DNA of 64,000 nucleotides from Hydrolagus affinis. Its lineage: Eukaryota. Within the stretch, counting starts at the first letter, position 1; each line of letters starts with the position of its first letter. The stretch lies in assembly GCA_012026655.1 (NCBI GenBank), contig JAAILG010001522.1:1-64000 (forward strand), given 5' to 3'. The translations under genes were made by a program, and so were the position numbers. Below, in pieces: positions 38,320 through 51,224 of the stretch. The notes under the pieces are model-generated. The model was not told the origin of the DNA, did not search any database, and was given only the letters and a program-made list of their open reading frames with translations.

Positions 38320-38607
38320 GATAATAATAATCCTTGCATTTGATATAGAGCTTTTCACATCTTCTAGGCTGCTCAAAGTGAATTGACTGTATATTTGTGA
38401 GCAAAACGGGGCAGCCAATTGCAGAAGGCAGTGTCCCACAAACAGTTGCGCATTGAAATGACCAAGTTATTATAGTTTTTTTTTGATGGATTATTATTAG
38501 CCGTGTGGAGTAAAGAAAGTTGCCCAAGGTTTCGTTCTGCTTGGTTTCGAACACAGGTCTCACACTTGTAAGATGAGTGCTCTAACCACTGAGCTACAGG
38601 ACTCCAC
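38320..38607 (-). mobile_element. Near full-length tRNA-derived SINE
   Basis: gagtgctctaaccactgagctacaggactccac is the head on the minus strand; tail aataataatccttgcatttgata. Confidence 0.88.
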
Positions 38608-38654
38608 ATTCAACAACAAGAACTACAACAAAATTACACTTGTATAGTGCCTTT

Positions 38655-38975
38655 CCGCCACTATCTTACCCCTTAGGCCACTGAAACCCTCATTCATGCC
38701 TTCATTACATCCAGGCTCAACTACTCCAATGCCCTGCTTGTCGGCCTTCCCAATTCCTCCCTCCATAGGCTGCAGATAATCCAGAACTCTGCTGCCCGTG
38801 TCCTCTACCATTCCAAGCTTCATGACCCCATCACCCCCATTCTCGCCCAACTCCATTGGCTCCCCATTCATCAGAGGATTCATCGGTCACCCCAAATCCC
38901 CTCCTCTCTCTCCACCCTCCCCAATCCAGCTTGGTCTGAAACATTGACTGTATACAAATGTAATGTTATTGTTTC
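38655..38975 (+). mobile_element. Internally deleted L2 fragment
   Basis: ctgaaaccctcattcatgccttc...ctccattggctcccc is similar to 23190-23345. Confidence 0.85.
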
Positions 38976-39589
38976 ATGTCAGGAGGGCATCCAAGGTGTT
39001 GAAGCTGTGGGCATTCAACAGAATGTGTCCTGGCAATAGCAGTGGTCTTTTTGTGTAACCTCAAAGGTTCTTGTTCATAAAGTTTTGAGGCCCATCAAAA
39101 TACTGAATTTTGACACTTTATCCCTTAGGATCCCATAGATAACATAGTTGCTGTCAGATCTGATCACAGAAATATTAAATAATGTCATTAATATAATATA
39201 AATGCCACCTCTGGTTTTCAAAATGAAGCAAGATTTTAAATAGTAAAACTATTGCAGTTGAATATCAAATACCGTCTGACAGCTGAATCATTATTCTTTT
39301 CAAAAGACAGTGTTGCTGTTCAAAAATGGTTTCAATCTGGTGGCCAGTGCTCAATAACCTAGGGATCTGATTGGTGAGATTCCGAATCTGAATTTGCTGA
39401 GGTGATCGAGACTTTCAGTTTGCGATTACTGAAAGTACTGTAATTTGTAAGACTTGGAGGAAAATAAAGGAGAAAGAAACACCAGCTCTTTTGCTTATCA
39501 GCGTTTTGTTTAGACTGTTTTGGCTTTGGGATGGCGCAATCTGGGATTAGAAGGTTGGATCCCATAGATCGTCAATGTGTTTAAATCAA

Positions 39590-40530
39590 AGTCCATATAT
39601 TTGTCTTGTTTGAACTGAAATATGCAGCTATAAACTTATTTACATTCTATAATGCTTGATGGGTTTATCATAGCTTGACAAAGAGTCTAAAAGGGACTGT
39701 GGACGTGAATAAAATGGCCTCAATGTAGTTATCGCAAAGGCTTTTATAACCTCCGAGAATAGTTGAAGGAAAGGCTTGACGACAAAGAAGGAAATCTTAT
39801 ATTTGAGAATCAAGAAATGTTGATAAAACTTAAATGTTGATATAACGAATATACTTACTCTGCTTTGGTTTTTCAGAGCAAAGTGAAACAGGACTTAGAG
39901 AAAGATGTTACAAAGCACCTATTATAGCTACATATTAAAGGTGAAATTGAAAATATGAAAGAGGCAATGTATAAAAGTCACCAGGCTTGGTCGATAGACA
40001 CCATGGACACCAGTACTATATTAGGAAAATAGTAAATGTGCTGGCCACAATCTCCCAACTCTTTGTAAGATGGAATTGTACTGATAGACAATTATTAGAT
40101 GTATGGTGTTAGATGTTGCCTTCATTTTAAAAGAGGAAAAGGATAAGCTGAAGAATCGTAGGCCAGTTAGTTTTACCTCAGTTCTTGGCTAATCTAGAAG
40201 ACGTGAAAAACGCTATATGAAATGCAAGGATAATTATTATAATTATTATTAATTTCCAGAGACGTAATATGAGATAGAATTTGTAATCATTTAGATACAT
40301 CTGAGAGAGTTGGGTATGGAATTGTAAGAGGTGGGTAATTTTTAATCTATATAATTGGATTTTGTGAGGCATTCAGAGTATAGATCAAGGGAATCCAATT
40401 GATGTCCTGTATATAGGCATTTTCAGAAAGCATTTATTGTGGTTCCGTTAGGAATTAGTTGACAAAATGAAAACACAACGGTTATAAAGTTAAATTGTTG
40501 GCACCGACGGCTAAAAGATGGATGGCAGAG
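39590..40530 (+). mobile_element. Highly decayed CR1 ORF2 (RT region), interrupted by a SINE tail at about 40190-40250
   Basis: Residual CR1-like segments aaaagaggaaaaggataagctgaagaatcgtaggccagttagttttacctc (RPVS.T) and tttcagaaagcattt (FQKAF). Confidence 0.6.
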
Positions 40531-41254
40531 TCAAAGAAAATATTTTTTAAATTCTCTCTTGTTTATTAAATCATATTTCATCTCTCTCTAACCCTGTTGT
40601 TTATTCAGGGTTTCTCATTGCAAGTCAGTTTAAATTCACAGAATCTTGCAGCATAACCAACCATTAGGCCCATCACATTTTTGCTGTTTTTTTTCTCCAC
40701 ATGAGTCGTCCAGTCTAATCGCACTCTCCTGCTCGTACTCTCCCATACCAATAAGTATCTTTTTATACCGCACACTGTGGCAGCTGGAAGGATTGAAATT
40801 GTGTGATCTATATGAGCTGGCAGGATTTGCAAGCAACTTCCAGAAGGTTGAACACGAGCTGTCACAGCATGTAAATGAGCATAATTTTTAATTTGGTTTA
40901 TATTCTAAATCTGATTTGATGCCAGCTGCAGAAGCGGTTACTGTGGCAGCATGTCACTGGCATTCCTAGTCGATACTATGAACTGCTATCTGTTGGAGGT
41001 CTCCTCTTTCGGTGCTTGGGCTGTGATATTGTGTAGGATTGACAGTGTAGTGTTAAAGGCTGCTTGTTTTTTCTGCTGCTGTCCTGTGCTGTTATTCTGT
41101 TCGTCACTAACCTAAATATTGGAAGAAAATCCCGTAAACCATGGAACCTGTCTTTACTACAATATTAGAATTCTAAATCTTCCAACCAAAAATCTTCCAA
41201 CTTATATTGAAGGAATTACGTATTATTAAAGGTGTATTATTACATAAATTCTCA

Positions 41255-41515
41255 GTGCTCAGTAGTTAGAGCACTGGCCTCGCAAGCGAGAGACCTGAGT
41301 TTGATTCCTGGCAGGGCGAAACCTTGGGCAACGTTCCTAGCTCCACATGCCTGACAATAATTCCTCAAGAAAAAAACAATAATAAGTTGGTCACTCAATC
41401 CATGACTGTCTGTGGGAACTCTGCAGTGCGCAATTGGCTTCCCACAAAATATAGTCAATTCACTTTACAGTATATTCTGTGAAGCACTGTGAGGAGTCCA
41501 GAAAACGTGAAAAGT
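41255..41515 (+). mobile_element. tRNA-derived SINE
   Basis: gctcagtagttagagcactggcctcgcaagcgagagacctgagtttgattcc head plus the shared body. Confidence 0.85.
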
Positions 41516-42552
41516 AGGTTGCTAAGAATGTAGCAGATGATATGAAGGATCAAGTGTGTGGAGGGCTTTGAAGGCAAGGACAAATTTTTTAAATTTATCC
41601 CCTGGGGTATAAAGGCAGTGCAGGTCATGACACAGATATGGGATAGAAATGTGAGGGTCAAACAAGACTTCCAAGGTTCGGACTGGCTTAGTGAGGTGGG
41701 GCAGATACCCTTGGATGGTGATCTGTCAGTGCCTGAAGTGTGGAGGATCAGGATCCAATCAGGAGGGTGTTAAGAAATTTAACTGGTGAAAATTGGCAGG
41801 ACATCAGTGAACCCGGAGGCAAGGTTAGAGCCTGAGGGAAAGAGTTGAGTGCCACTCAATGTATCAAAGCACGTAACAGGGAATTGTTATAAAGTGACTG
41901 TTGTATTTGAGAACATGGCAATCAATTTGCACATGCCATAATAATAAATAAGGGTGAAGACCAGGAAACCAGAAAAAATAAACGTTTGTTTTGAATAATG
42001 TTATGGGATCTTTGGCATTTTGTTGAAGAGTAGCTGAGATATCAAATTATTGTCTCATCCCAGGGACAGCATTTCCAAAAATCCATTGCTTCACTAACAA
42101 CAACAAAATTACATTCGTATAACACCTTTCACGTCGGGAGGACATCCCACTAGCACTTTGACTATGTGTTTCAAGTCCTGATCTGGATTTTGATCTAAAG
42201 CTTTCTGAGGTGAGTTTGTGAGCAACCGAGCCAAACTGAAACCAAATTTTAAAAGATTGAAGAGAAGGGAATAGTGAAAGAGGTACATAATCCAGGCATC
42301 AGTTTTTGGAAAACAATAAGATCAACCCCGAGACAATATATTGATTATAGCACAAGTTTATGATTTAATGAGAAGAAAAGCACAAATTCAGATATATTGA
42401 TTTGGGAGCTTGTGTGGAACAAGAGCAATTTTTGGAGGATGAATGAATGAATGAATTGGAAAAACAGCAAATGCTGTAATTGGTTGAGATGGAAAGTAAG
42501 AGATTAGAGGTTAAGGAAGAATCATCAATCAACCAATCTTTTCTTGGAATAC

Positions 42553-42628
42553 GTCAGGCAGCATCCATGGAGAGAGGAAAGCGAGTTAACGTTTCAGGTC
42601 GATGACCTCTTGTCAGAACAGTTCTGAA
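42553..42628 (-). mobile_element. Penelope-like fragment with a degenerate hammerhead-ribozyme motif
   Basis: The minus strand reads CTGACAA-GAGGTCATCGACCT-GAAACGTTAAC. Confidence 0.55.
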
Positions 42629-44203
42629 AGAGGAAAACTACAAGCTTCTTGGAGACTGCTTTAGCAATGAACGAGATATGAAAACTTCAATTGAGATCAG
42701 AAGACATAGGCAGCCAAAAAATTTCAATAGGAGGATTGAGTGTGAAACCATCGAAGGAAAGAAATGGGAGATGTTGGTTGGAGATATGAGTAGTATGTCT
42801 TTAGTAAGTCTTAAAGTATGTCTTTAAAGAAACTGAAAGAAAGGAGGAGATCAGTGTTTCTGAGAAAGTGAAGGTCATGTCTACTGAGAACAGGCAATCT
42901 GAAGAAAATTGATAAATGTACTTTGGAATCATTAGCAAAAGCATGGATATGGTTGAATGATAATGGAGACAGTCATTGATGTGAAAATGAAACGTAGTGG
43001 TGGGGGGAAAGTCTGAGTATGAACCATTAGATGGAGCATTAGAACGATTTCAGAAGAAACAAATTAGCCATGAATATACCTTCACCAGATGTTCCCGATA
43101 GCTTCTTTAAAAGTGCAGTGATGTTTGAATTGATGAATTATTCAACAACGTCTTCAAAAATAGAGATGCAGAAAATACCCAGGAAAAGAAATCAGTGGAC
43201 TTGCCAAACCACAAATAGCACCAACCGTGAATTTGGCCGGAGTGTTCATGATGATGTCTAGTTTGTCAGCTTGCTGGCTGGCACTTTCCATTTAGAGAAT
43301 GCAGATGGAAGGATGGAAAAGGTTTGTGTTTCTTACAGATGAACACAGGAAAATCTGCAAGGAGAAAGATAGGTAAACTAGCAGTGGGAGAGATTGAAAA
43401 GATAGCAAAATTGCAGTTGCATCTCTTGAGGATAGTAAGAGACACAAAGATGTGGAGGATCTAGATTTAGTTACGCAAGTGACTTGAGGGAGTATTCATA
43501 CTTAATGCTGCAACCGAGTGTAGCTGTGGATAGAGTCCCTTTGCCAGTATCAAGGTTAATTAGAGGACATTGTGAACCAAGGAAAGAACTGAACTGTCAG
43601 TGCCAGAGTAGTGGAAAGAAAGATGAACAAGACTTTCACGTGGCTCCATTAATAAATAACTTTCACCTAGCAGTGAGTAGGAATCTGGTTGTTAGTCGAT
43701 TGGTGGATTGTTTTTCTGGGGGTAATAATTCCTTAAAAAATAATAATGGTCACTGAATCCTCAACTATTTGTGGGGCACTGCTGTATGAAATTGGCTGCT
43801 GCATTTCACCCACAAAATATCCAGTCAATTCATATTACAGTACATTCTGTGAAGCTCCTTGAAGATGTGATAACGCTATACATATCAAATGCAAGAATTG
43901 TTATTTTATAATTATAAACCTAGAAGGAATAACCAGAGTATCATTAATTTTTCCAATGAAGTTATTTAGTAATAGACTTCACAAGCTCATTATAAATTTG
44001 ACTTGTTGATGCTTCTGACTGAACTGGAACCTCAGTTCAATCCTAAACTCTCCTTTCCTTATGTTCATTCCCTGACTAAGGCTGATTTTCTTTCCCACTT
44101 CTGCCCTGGTCTCACATCATTTGCAGCCAGATCATTTTGTTTCCACCCCTTTTGTATCTCCTGCCTAAACTCTTTATATGCACTTTATATGCATTGTCCA
44201 TTA

Positions 44204-44527
44204 TGGAGCTCCTGTAGTTCAGTGGTTAGAGCACTCACCTTACAAGCATGAGACCTGTGTTCAAATCCAGCCAAATCAGGGCGAAACCCTGGGCAAATTC
44301 CTTACTCCACAAGCCTAATAATAATCCATCGAAAAAAACACACTGATAAAAATTGGTCATTTTCAATCCACGACTGTTTGCCGGCCGCAGCTGTGCGCAA
44401 TTGGCTGCCGCTTTTCGCCCACAAGTATACCGTCAATTCACTTTGCAGTGTATTCTGTGAAGTGCTTTGAGACGTCGATAAGATGAGATGCGAAAAGCGC
44501 TATATCAAATTCAAGGATTATTATTAT
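44204..44527 (+). mobile_element. Full-length tRNA-derived SINE with an L2-type tail
   Basis: A box tagttcagtgg, B box gttcaaatcc, the body, and tail gtgaagtgctttgagacg...aaaagcgctatatcaaattcaaggattattattat. Confidence 0.9.
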
Positions 44528-45788
44528 CATTGGCCAAGCCTTCATCTATTATACGACTGACCGCTGGACCTCCATCCCTCTACCACCTGTTTATTCCCTC
44601 TCTTTTAAATCTTTCCTACTTCAATCTTTGATCATCTCCCCTTTCCCCTCATTCCCTCTCGTGATACCTGGCCTTGTTTTTGTAAAGCTCTCCGAGACAC
44701 TATCCTGCACAAAGGCCACTATTTATTTGTTGCTGTTGTTGTGATGGGCAGAAGTAAAGGCGGGGTGCACTTTAAGAACCACAACAAATTACATTTGTAT
44801 CGCGCCTTTCACATCAGGAGGACGTCCCGAGGTGGGACCGCGATGTGGATCCGAGCTGGGGTTGTATCAGCTACTGTCAGCCAGCTCTTCAGAATTTAAA
44901 AAAAAATACTATTTCTTCCTAATGGCTCAATTTGTCATTGTTGGTGCTGTTTCCAAGACTTGCAAAGTTATGATTGCAACGCATCAAATAATCACACTTA
45001 TTAAATATTTCCTTTGTCCTAAATGTTATGTTTTTGAACATGAAGTCGCACCGTGAACAAATGTTGCAGATTAAGGCCAACGGTTCTCCAACTGTGTTAC
45101 TTTAAAGGAGATTACACGTCTTTCAGCACTCAGGGAATAATGGATGTTTGAGAGTAATTACAAGGCAGTGATCTAATCGAGAGAATTCGGGAGATGGTGC
45201 CATAAACTGAGAGAAAGGTTCAAATGATTTCAAGAACCTTAGGATTAGATAATAGCCTTGAAATCACTCCAGGGTATCTATTTGTTAAATGTCGATAATA
45301 AAGTATAATGGTTTTATTCAGATTGTGGGCTGTTTTGCACAGCAGTTTTGAGTGAGTGCCCGTACTCTCCAGTAATGACATTCACACTGAAGGATTGCAG
45401 TTTTCATACTTATTGTAAATAAGCTTGAATTAATTACAGTACTATGATAACATGCAACTTGTCAACATTATGAAGGACATATCAATGGGTTAAGATTGGC
45501 TGCATGAAACAGGATTGTTTTGACTTGTATTGTACATCAGGCAAACTGTTGATGATGGCAAGTGCCTTGTTTGACCAGGTGCATGGCAATCTGACGTTTG
45601 TGGCACTGAATTGGTTGTCACCATTGATTCATTTTGCTGACAAAATGTTCACAACAGGGATGAGTTAAATGAGCAATAAGAAGATAAAGTACAAGAATAA
45701 AAGGAGAGTGTAGCTGAACAAAAGCTGTCACAGTTGGTTTTAATTTAAGCCACTGAAGACTTCCTTATTTGTATAACACATTCATGAA

Positions 45789-46000
45789 GGTGTCAGCCTT
45801 GTTCAGTTGGTAGTGCTCTTGCTTGTGGAAGACAAGGTTGTAGGTTAACGTCCTGTGTCGGAGACTTGGATGTCACATTCTAGGTTCATGCTTCAGGGAG
45901 GTGTTGTATTGTTCTTCGATGATTTGTTGAACTGAGGTCCTGACTGTCTGTTCAGATAGACATTAAAGAACCCTGACACTCTGAGAATACAATGGTCTTC
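45789..46000 (+). mobile_element. Old SacSINE1-like SINE relic
   Basis: ggtgtcagccttgttcagttggtagtgctcttgc head, related to 2200-2430. Confidence 0.6.
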
Positions 46001-46014
46001 ACCAACAATTCTGT

Positions 46015-46290
46015 AGATAATAATAATAATAATAATCCTTGCATTTGGTATAGTGCTTTGCACGTTTTCTAGATGTCTCAAAGTGCTTCACAAAATATAC
46101 TGTGAAGTGAATTGACTATATTTGTGGGCGATAAATTGATGAATTGGTCATGAACCTCCTAGCTGTGTCCAAATTGGTTGGCACATTCACCTTCAAATAT
46201 ACAGTCACTTCACTTTACAGTAAATATTGTGAAGCACTTTGAGACATTTTGAAATGATTAGATTATTTTTCAAATGCAATTCTTATTATA
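46015..46290. mobile_element. Two SINE 3' fragments in opposite orientation (46015-46132 minus, about 46190-46290 plus)
   Basis: cttcacaaaatatactgtgaagtgaattgac versus cagtcacttcactttacagtaaatattgtgaagcactttgagac. Confidence 0.75.
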
Positions 46291-46430
46291 CAGTCTCTTG
46301 AGATATATACTTCAGCTACACTTTTCAGCTAACCCCGTTTTAACTATCCCATTGGTGTCTTGCTTTGTTCTACTTTCCTTGAAAATTGTAGGCATCTTTT
46401 GAATTAAATAAATGATTAACAATGATGATA

Positions 46431-46640
46431 CAGTAAAAGCTTGTTTATCAGGCACCCAACCAACCGGAACGTTCAACCAACCGGTATCTCCCAATACAAT
46501 TCACTATTCCAGCAACCGGATCTCATACCTTAGCCATTCGGGACACTCGCTGTATGCTCACTTTGCGCATGCGTGCACATGTGCACTTATTAAACTTACT
46601 GAACGGGATTTTACCGAGTGCTGGAAGGCTTTATTGGTAG
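46431..46640. mobile_element. Probable Tigger-like MITE
   Basis: Starts TA|CAGTAAAAGCTTGTTTATCAGGCA with repeated caaccgg subterminal motifs. The right terminus is degenerate (gtgctggaaggctttattgg). Confidence 0.5.
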
Positions 46641-46840
46641 GTATCCATACAATCCTCCCCCTTACCCTCCCAACTCCTTGCTTGGATCCCAACCTGCCTA
46701 CTCAGATCCTACCTTGAAACGTCCTCCCGATGTGAGAGGCTTTCCAAATGTAATTTGTTGCTGTTAGTTAATATTGCTTCAACATTATTATATGAACAGC
46801 GTCTGTGCTGCTCTGCTGGCAGGATTGGTATGTCAGTTAA

Positions 46841-46904
46841 CAGTCAACCTCTTAAACCAGACGAAACAGATGCCTCTAAGTGTCTGGTTTAACAGGTTCT
46901 ACTC
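46841..46904. mobile_element. 64-bp inverted-repeat element (mini-MITE)
   Basis: AACCTCTTAAACCAGAC ... GTCTGGTTTAACAGGTT pair at 16 of 17 positions. Starts CAGT and is followed by TA. Confidence 0.65.
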
Positions 46905-48288
46905 TAATTTACTATCACTAGTGGAAGCCCTTGTTCTGAACTAACAAGTGGCCTGGCATGATCACAGATGCTTTCAAAATCTTATTTAGCCTAGTTTTAT
47001 ACATTATTGGAAGCAAATGATTTCAATAGTGTAAATACCAATACTTACAAACTTATGTTAGGTTGTCTATTTAATGCTATTAAATCAGCTTGTCTCTTTC
47101 CTGCTCCGGTTTTGTAAAACTTCTTCCCTGTTGGAATCAAATAGGCCTAGTTAATATTTAAATGGTTACTGTCCAGCCATTTCATGTTGAAACATGATAT
47201 ACTCATTAGGATCTATCATAATTTTGATATAGTTTACTTTCGGTTTTTGCTTACGGTTTCATGCCTTGTTTTGTATTATTTTTAGTTTGAAAGTATTCTA
47301 TTTTTTGCAATGATACTGGTTTTATGATTGAGGCCTTGTATACACATAATCTACATTCATTTAATTTATCCAGTGAAAGGATTTGAAATCAATTGTTAGT
47401 AAATCAATTAAAATAAACTGTTTCAGGTTTGACTATAGACTTAATTTGAATTTTTTTTTAAAAGTATTAATTGATACAGAATCTATATTCATGAGAACTT
47501 TATAGTTTTTAACATAAAGTTGATCATTCAATGGGTTAGCTATAAATGTTTATGTCAATTTATAGTAGTTATTTCTTCTGTAATGTGAATGTATCAGATC
47601 AGAAGTGCTTATCCTGCTAAGTCTGAATTGTAACTTTTTGAGATTTATTTGGTGTAATCTGAATTTAGCTCAAATTATTTTATTTAATATAACGATTTTG
47701 AGTTCATGGTCCATATCCTGCACCGAAGGTAGGTGATTCTACATGTTTTGAATCTGATTCTTGGCAGCTATGCTTTGGGAGGTTGATGTGTCCGGTTTGC
47801 TACAAATCTGAGTGGGAAGCAATGAGAGACTCCTTCGCAATCAAGAGTTACCATTTGTGTTCAAATAGTTAGCATTGAGAATTAAAGTGTGTAGAAGAAC
47901 AAGCCCCTCATGAGCATCTGGATGTAGGAGACTTCGTGCATCCAGTTATTGGTGTTTGTTACCTGTATGCCGATGTTGCACAAGCCCACATTCAATTCAG
48001 GCCTCTAAACCTTGAACTATCCGAGTCTGATTTAAGTTCTGTCCAATCTCTCATCTCTCGCCAGAAATCCAGCCATTTTAAAGTGAAGAATAAACTTGAT
48101 GTGACCAAGAGGTCACAATGTGTATCTTGGGCTGACTAGAATTTCATATCAATGTCTTTGATTTCTTTCCATTACTGTGTGTTTTTCTTTTTTAATTTAA
48201 TCATTTGAGTGTGTAAAATCATGTGTACATTTTTCAAAATTCTTTGGTTCTATTTTTTTCTATTTTCATTTACCTCCATTGTCACTAG

Positions 48289-48378
48289 GTTACACTGCGG
48301 CCTGGACTCGGCCAGTCGGTTGGCTGATGAGCACGATCTGATAGCGGTATATGTGAACCGGCTGCAGAATGGCACACG
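48289..48378 (+). CDS. DTNB: Beta-dystrobrevin exon, 90 bp, phase 2-2, first syntrophin-binding-site repeat (R-LHCGLDSASRLADEHDLIAVYVNRLQNGT-R)
   Basis: Pyrimidine tract plus cactag acceptor at 48288 and donor CG|gtcagt. The LADEH.LIA.YV.RLQ motif matches human DTNB [31 protein letters not shown] (recalled). Confidence 0.95.
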
Positions 48379-49351
48379 GTCAGTGTTTGAGTTCAACAAA
48401 CTGATACATTTGGGGAACAAGTTAGAAACAAAAAAAATAATCAGAAAGGTTTTGAAATCCATACGGTTTAATACAAATAACTGAAATATCACATTCGGAA
48501 ATAAGATGTCCAAAACCCACTTGTGCCTTGTACTTTCCATGTTTGTCACACTCCTGGTAGAACAGCAATAATATGCAGATGAATGACCTGGATTTGAGCG
48601 TTGCTAGCTGAATGACCATTTCTCATCCTCACCAATTCTTATCTTTCAATGTACTGATGCTCATGATATGGAGCAGAGTTTAAGTTCTGTTTAGTCACAG
48701 GGGCTTTTAGAACTTACATTGTTTATTGCTCTTTACCATATCAAAACATCTGAAAGTACATCTCAATTGTATAGTGACAATTGTGACTGCCATTTGCAAG
48801 GTCCCACCGACAGCTGCAAAGTGAATGACCAACCAATCTGTAGGATCGATGTTCAGGACAACAGGAAACACTCCACTTTGTGAACTTTTGTCAGAAGATT
48901 TTCATCATCCACCTGAACAAGCACAGTGGATTTCAGTCTTACCTTTCGAGAGAAAGAAAGCTTTTCCACAATGCAGCACTCCCACATATTGTATCGGAGT
49001 GCTGCCAAGGGTAGGAAATCAAGCCTTGCTCACTATCAAGGCTCACACATAAATATATGGCTGGTTGGGTGAGGTGATGGGGAGCAATTTTTACTTGTTA
49101 TCCAGCATTTCTGCAGCAATCCCTTATCGTTTTTGTCTGAAATATTTTCAGTGGATCTTTGTCATTTGGGGGGAAAGTGATAGAGAAGAAAGAAAAATTA
49201 TGTCACAAATGGATTTAGGCAGGAAAAAATGAAGTGGTGTGGAACTAAGAAGAAATTGAGGTTGTTGAGTAATTGGAAAATTGTGCTGATTTTGGGAGCA
49301 GTGACCAGTGGAGTTTCACAGGGATTTCTTCTGGGTATCTTGCTGTCCATA

Positions 49352-49670
49352 GTGGAGCTCCTGTAGTTCAGTGGTTAGAGCACTTGCCTTACAAGCGTGA
49401 GACTTGTGTTCGAATCCAGGCAGATCAGAGCGAAACTTTGAGCAAGTTTCCTTACTCCACACGCCGAATAATAATCTCTCCAAAAACCCCACAATAATAA
49501 AAATTGGTCATTTTCAATCCATGAAATAGCACTGCTGTGCACAATTGGCTGCCGCATTTCGCCAACAAATATACAGTCAATTCACTTCACGGTATATTCT
49601 GTGAAATGCTTTGAGACGTCGATAAGATGTGGTCAGCTCTATATCAAATGCAAGGATTATTATCATTATT
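49352..49670 (+). mobile_element. Full-length tRNA-derived SINE
   Basis: Complete head, body and tail. A possible target-site duplication catagt lies on both sides. Confidence 0.9.
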
Positions 49671-50099
49671 CATAGTATTCATTATTGATTGTGTTATGTT
49701 TCATATTTTGTGGACTGGGAAAGCAAATTGATTTTGCATACTGAAAGTAAGGGTAAAATGTTGTTTGATTTTAAAAAGAAAGGTCACAACCCGCTTGAAT
49801 CATTGTAATACAAAGAGCAGAAATCTTAATAAATCATCTGAACTGCAGAGGGAATCTAACATTTAAAGAGGCAAAAAAAACTCAGTGATTTTTGGCAGTG
49901 ATTAATGATTCCAAGAGCAGCAGGAAAAATGGTTTGTAATTCCAATTTTTCTCCCTACCAACTCAATGATTTTTGCTGTATATGTAGATTTCAAAGAGGT
50001 TTCTAACACTTAACTGAACTGATAAAAATAATCTATTGCATTAGATGTGTACAGATAGATGTGTACATTGCATTTTAGTGCCTGATATTTTGGGATTAA

Positions 50100-51200
50100 T
50101 GGGATGTCATCATTCCTATTCTTTAAAAAAAACACCCTGGATCCCATCAACCTCACAAATTTGAGACTTAGCTCAAACCTGCCCTTCCTAGCCAAAGTTT
50201 TGGAATGTGTTGTTGCAAATCACTTTCACTCACACCTCTCCCTCCACTCCCTACTCAAGCCACTCCAGTCCAGTTTATACCCTGCCCACAGCACAGAGAC
50301 AGCGCTCATCAAAGTATCAAATGACGTTCTCTGTCGGTGACCAGGGCTTCCTCTGCCTCCGTGTTCTCCTGGTTCACTCTGCCAAGTTTGACACAGTCAT
50401 CCTCCTCCATCACCTCTCCTTCATCATCCACCTTAGTTGGATCGCATTCACATCGTATTGAGTGGATTGAGTGACCAAATCACATCACATCGACTCGTAT
50501 TTAACAAACCATCAACAATACATCTCGGCAAATGTATTTTGCTCGCTCTTTCAAATGATTGCTTGTGGCATATCCCGAATCCTCCATTGTTGCTCCCTCT
50601 CAACGATGTCATCTACATCTAGATATAGGTCCAACTTCCACATTTGTTCGTGGAGCCCTGTAACTCAGTGGTTAGAACACTCGCCTTACAAGCGAGAGAC
50701 CTGGGTTCGATTCCAGGCAGAGTTAAACCTTGGACAAGTTTACTCCGTAAGCCTAATAATAATCTTGCCAAAAAAAAACAATAATAATTTGGTCACTCAA
50801 TCCATGACTGTTTGTGGGACACTGCTGTGCTCAATTGGCTGCCGCATTCTGCCCACAAACATACAGTCAATTCACTTTACAGTATATTCTGTGAAGCGCT
50901 TTGAGATATCTAGAAGTCATGAAAAGCGCTATATAAAAATGCAATGATTATTATTATGTCCATGCTGTGACCAGAAAGAGCAGGGATGACTTCCAAATCT
51001 ACCTCTCCTCCTCCAACTGCAATTCCCAATCCACTCATGCTTGTCAGCTTGTTTCACAGACATCAAGGCCTGGATGAGTGCAAATTTCCTGCAGCTGAAT
51101 GTCTGCAAGACGGCAGTCATACTCTTTGGCTCCTGTCACGTCTTCTGACCAGGACCACTTTTTTCCACCTCACTGCCTCTGTCTATACCTCACAACAGAA
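50100..51200 (+). mobile_element. Decayed L2 RT region interrupted by the SINE at 50650
   Basis: ORF 50104-50340 reads SNLPFLAKVLECVVA...LQS...HSTETALIKVSND. Confidence 0.85.
50650..50956 (+). mobile_element. Full-length tRNA-derived SINE
   Basis: gtggagccctgtaactcagtggttagaacactcgccttacaagcgagagacctgggttcgattcc plus body and tail. Confidence 0.9.
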
Positions 51201-51224
51201 TTGTTTATGTGTTTTGCAACAACA

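Noticed and set aside
44204-44275. tRNA gene calls for the SINE heads
   Set aside because: There is no 3' acceptor stem. Each head continues into the SINE body and tail, and the copies are diverged.
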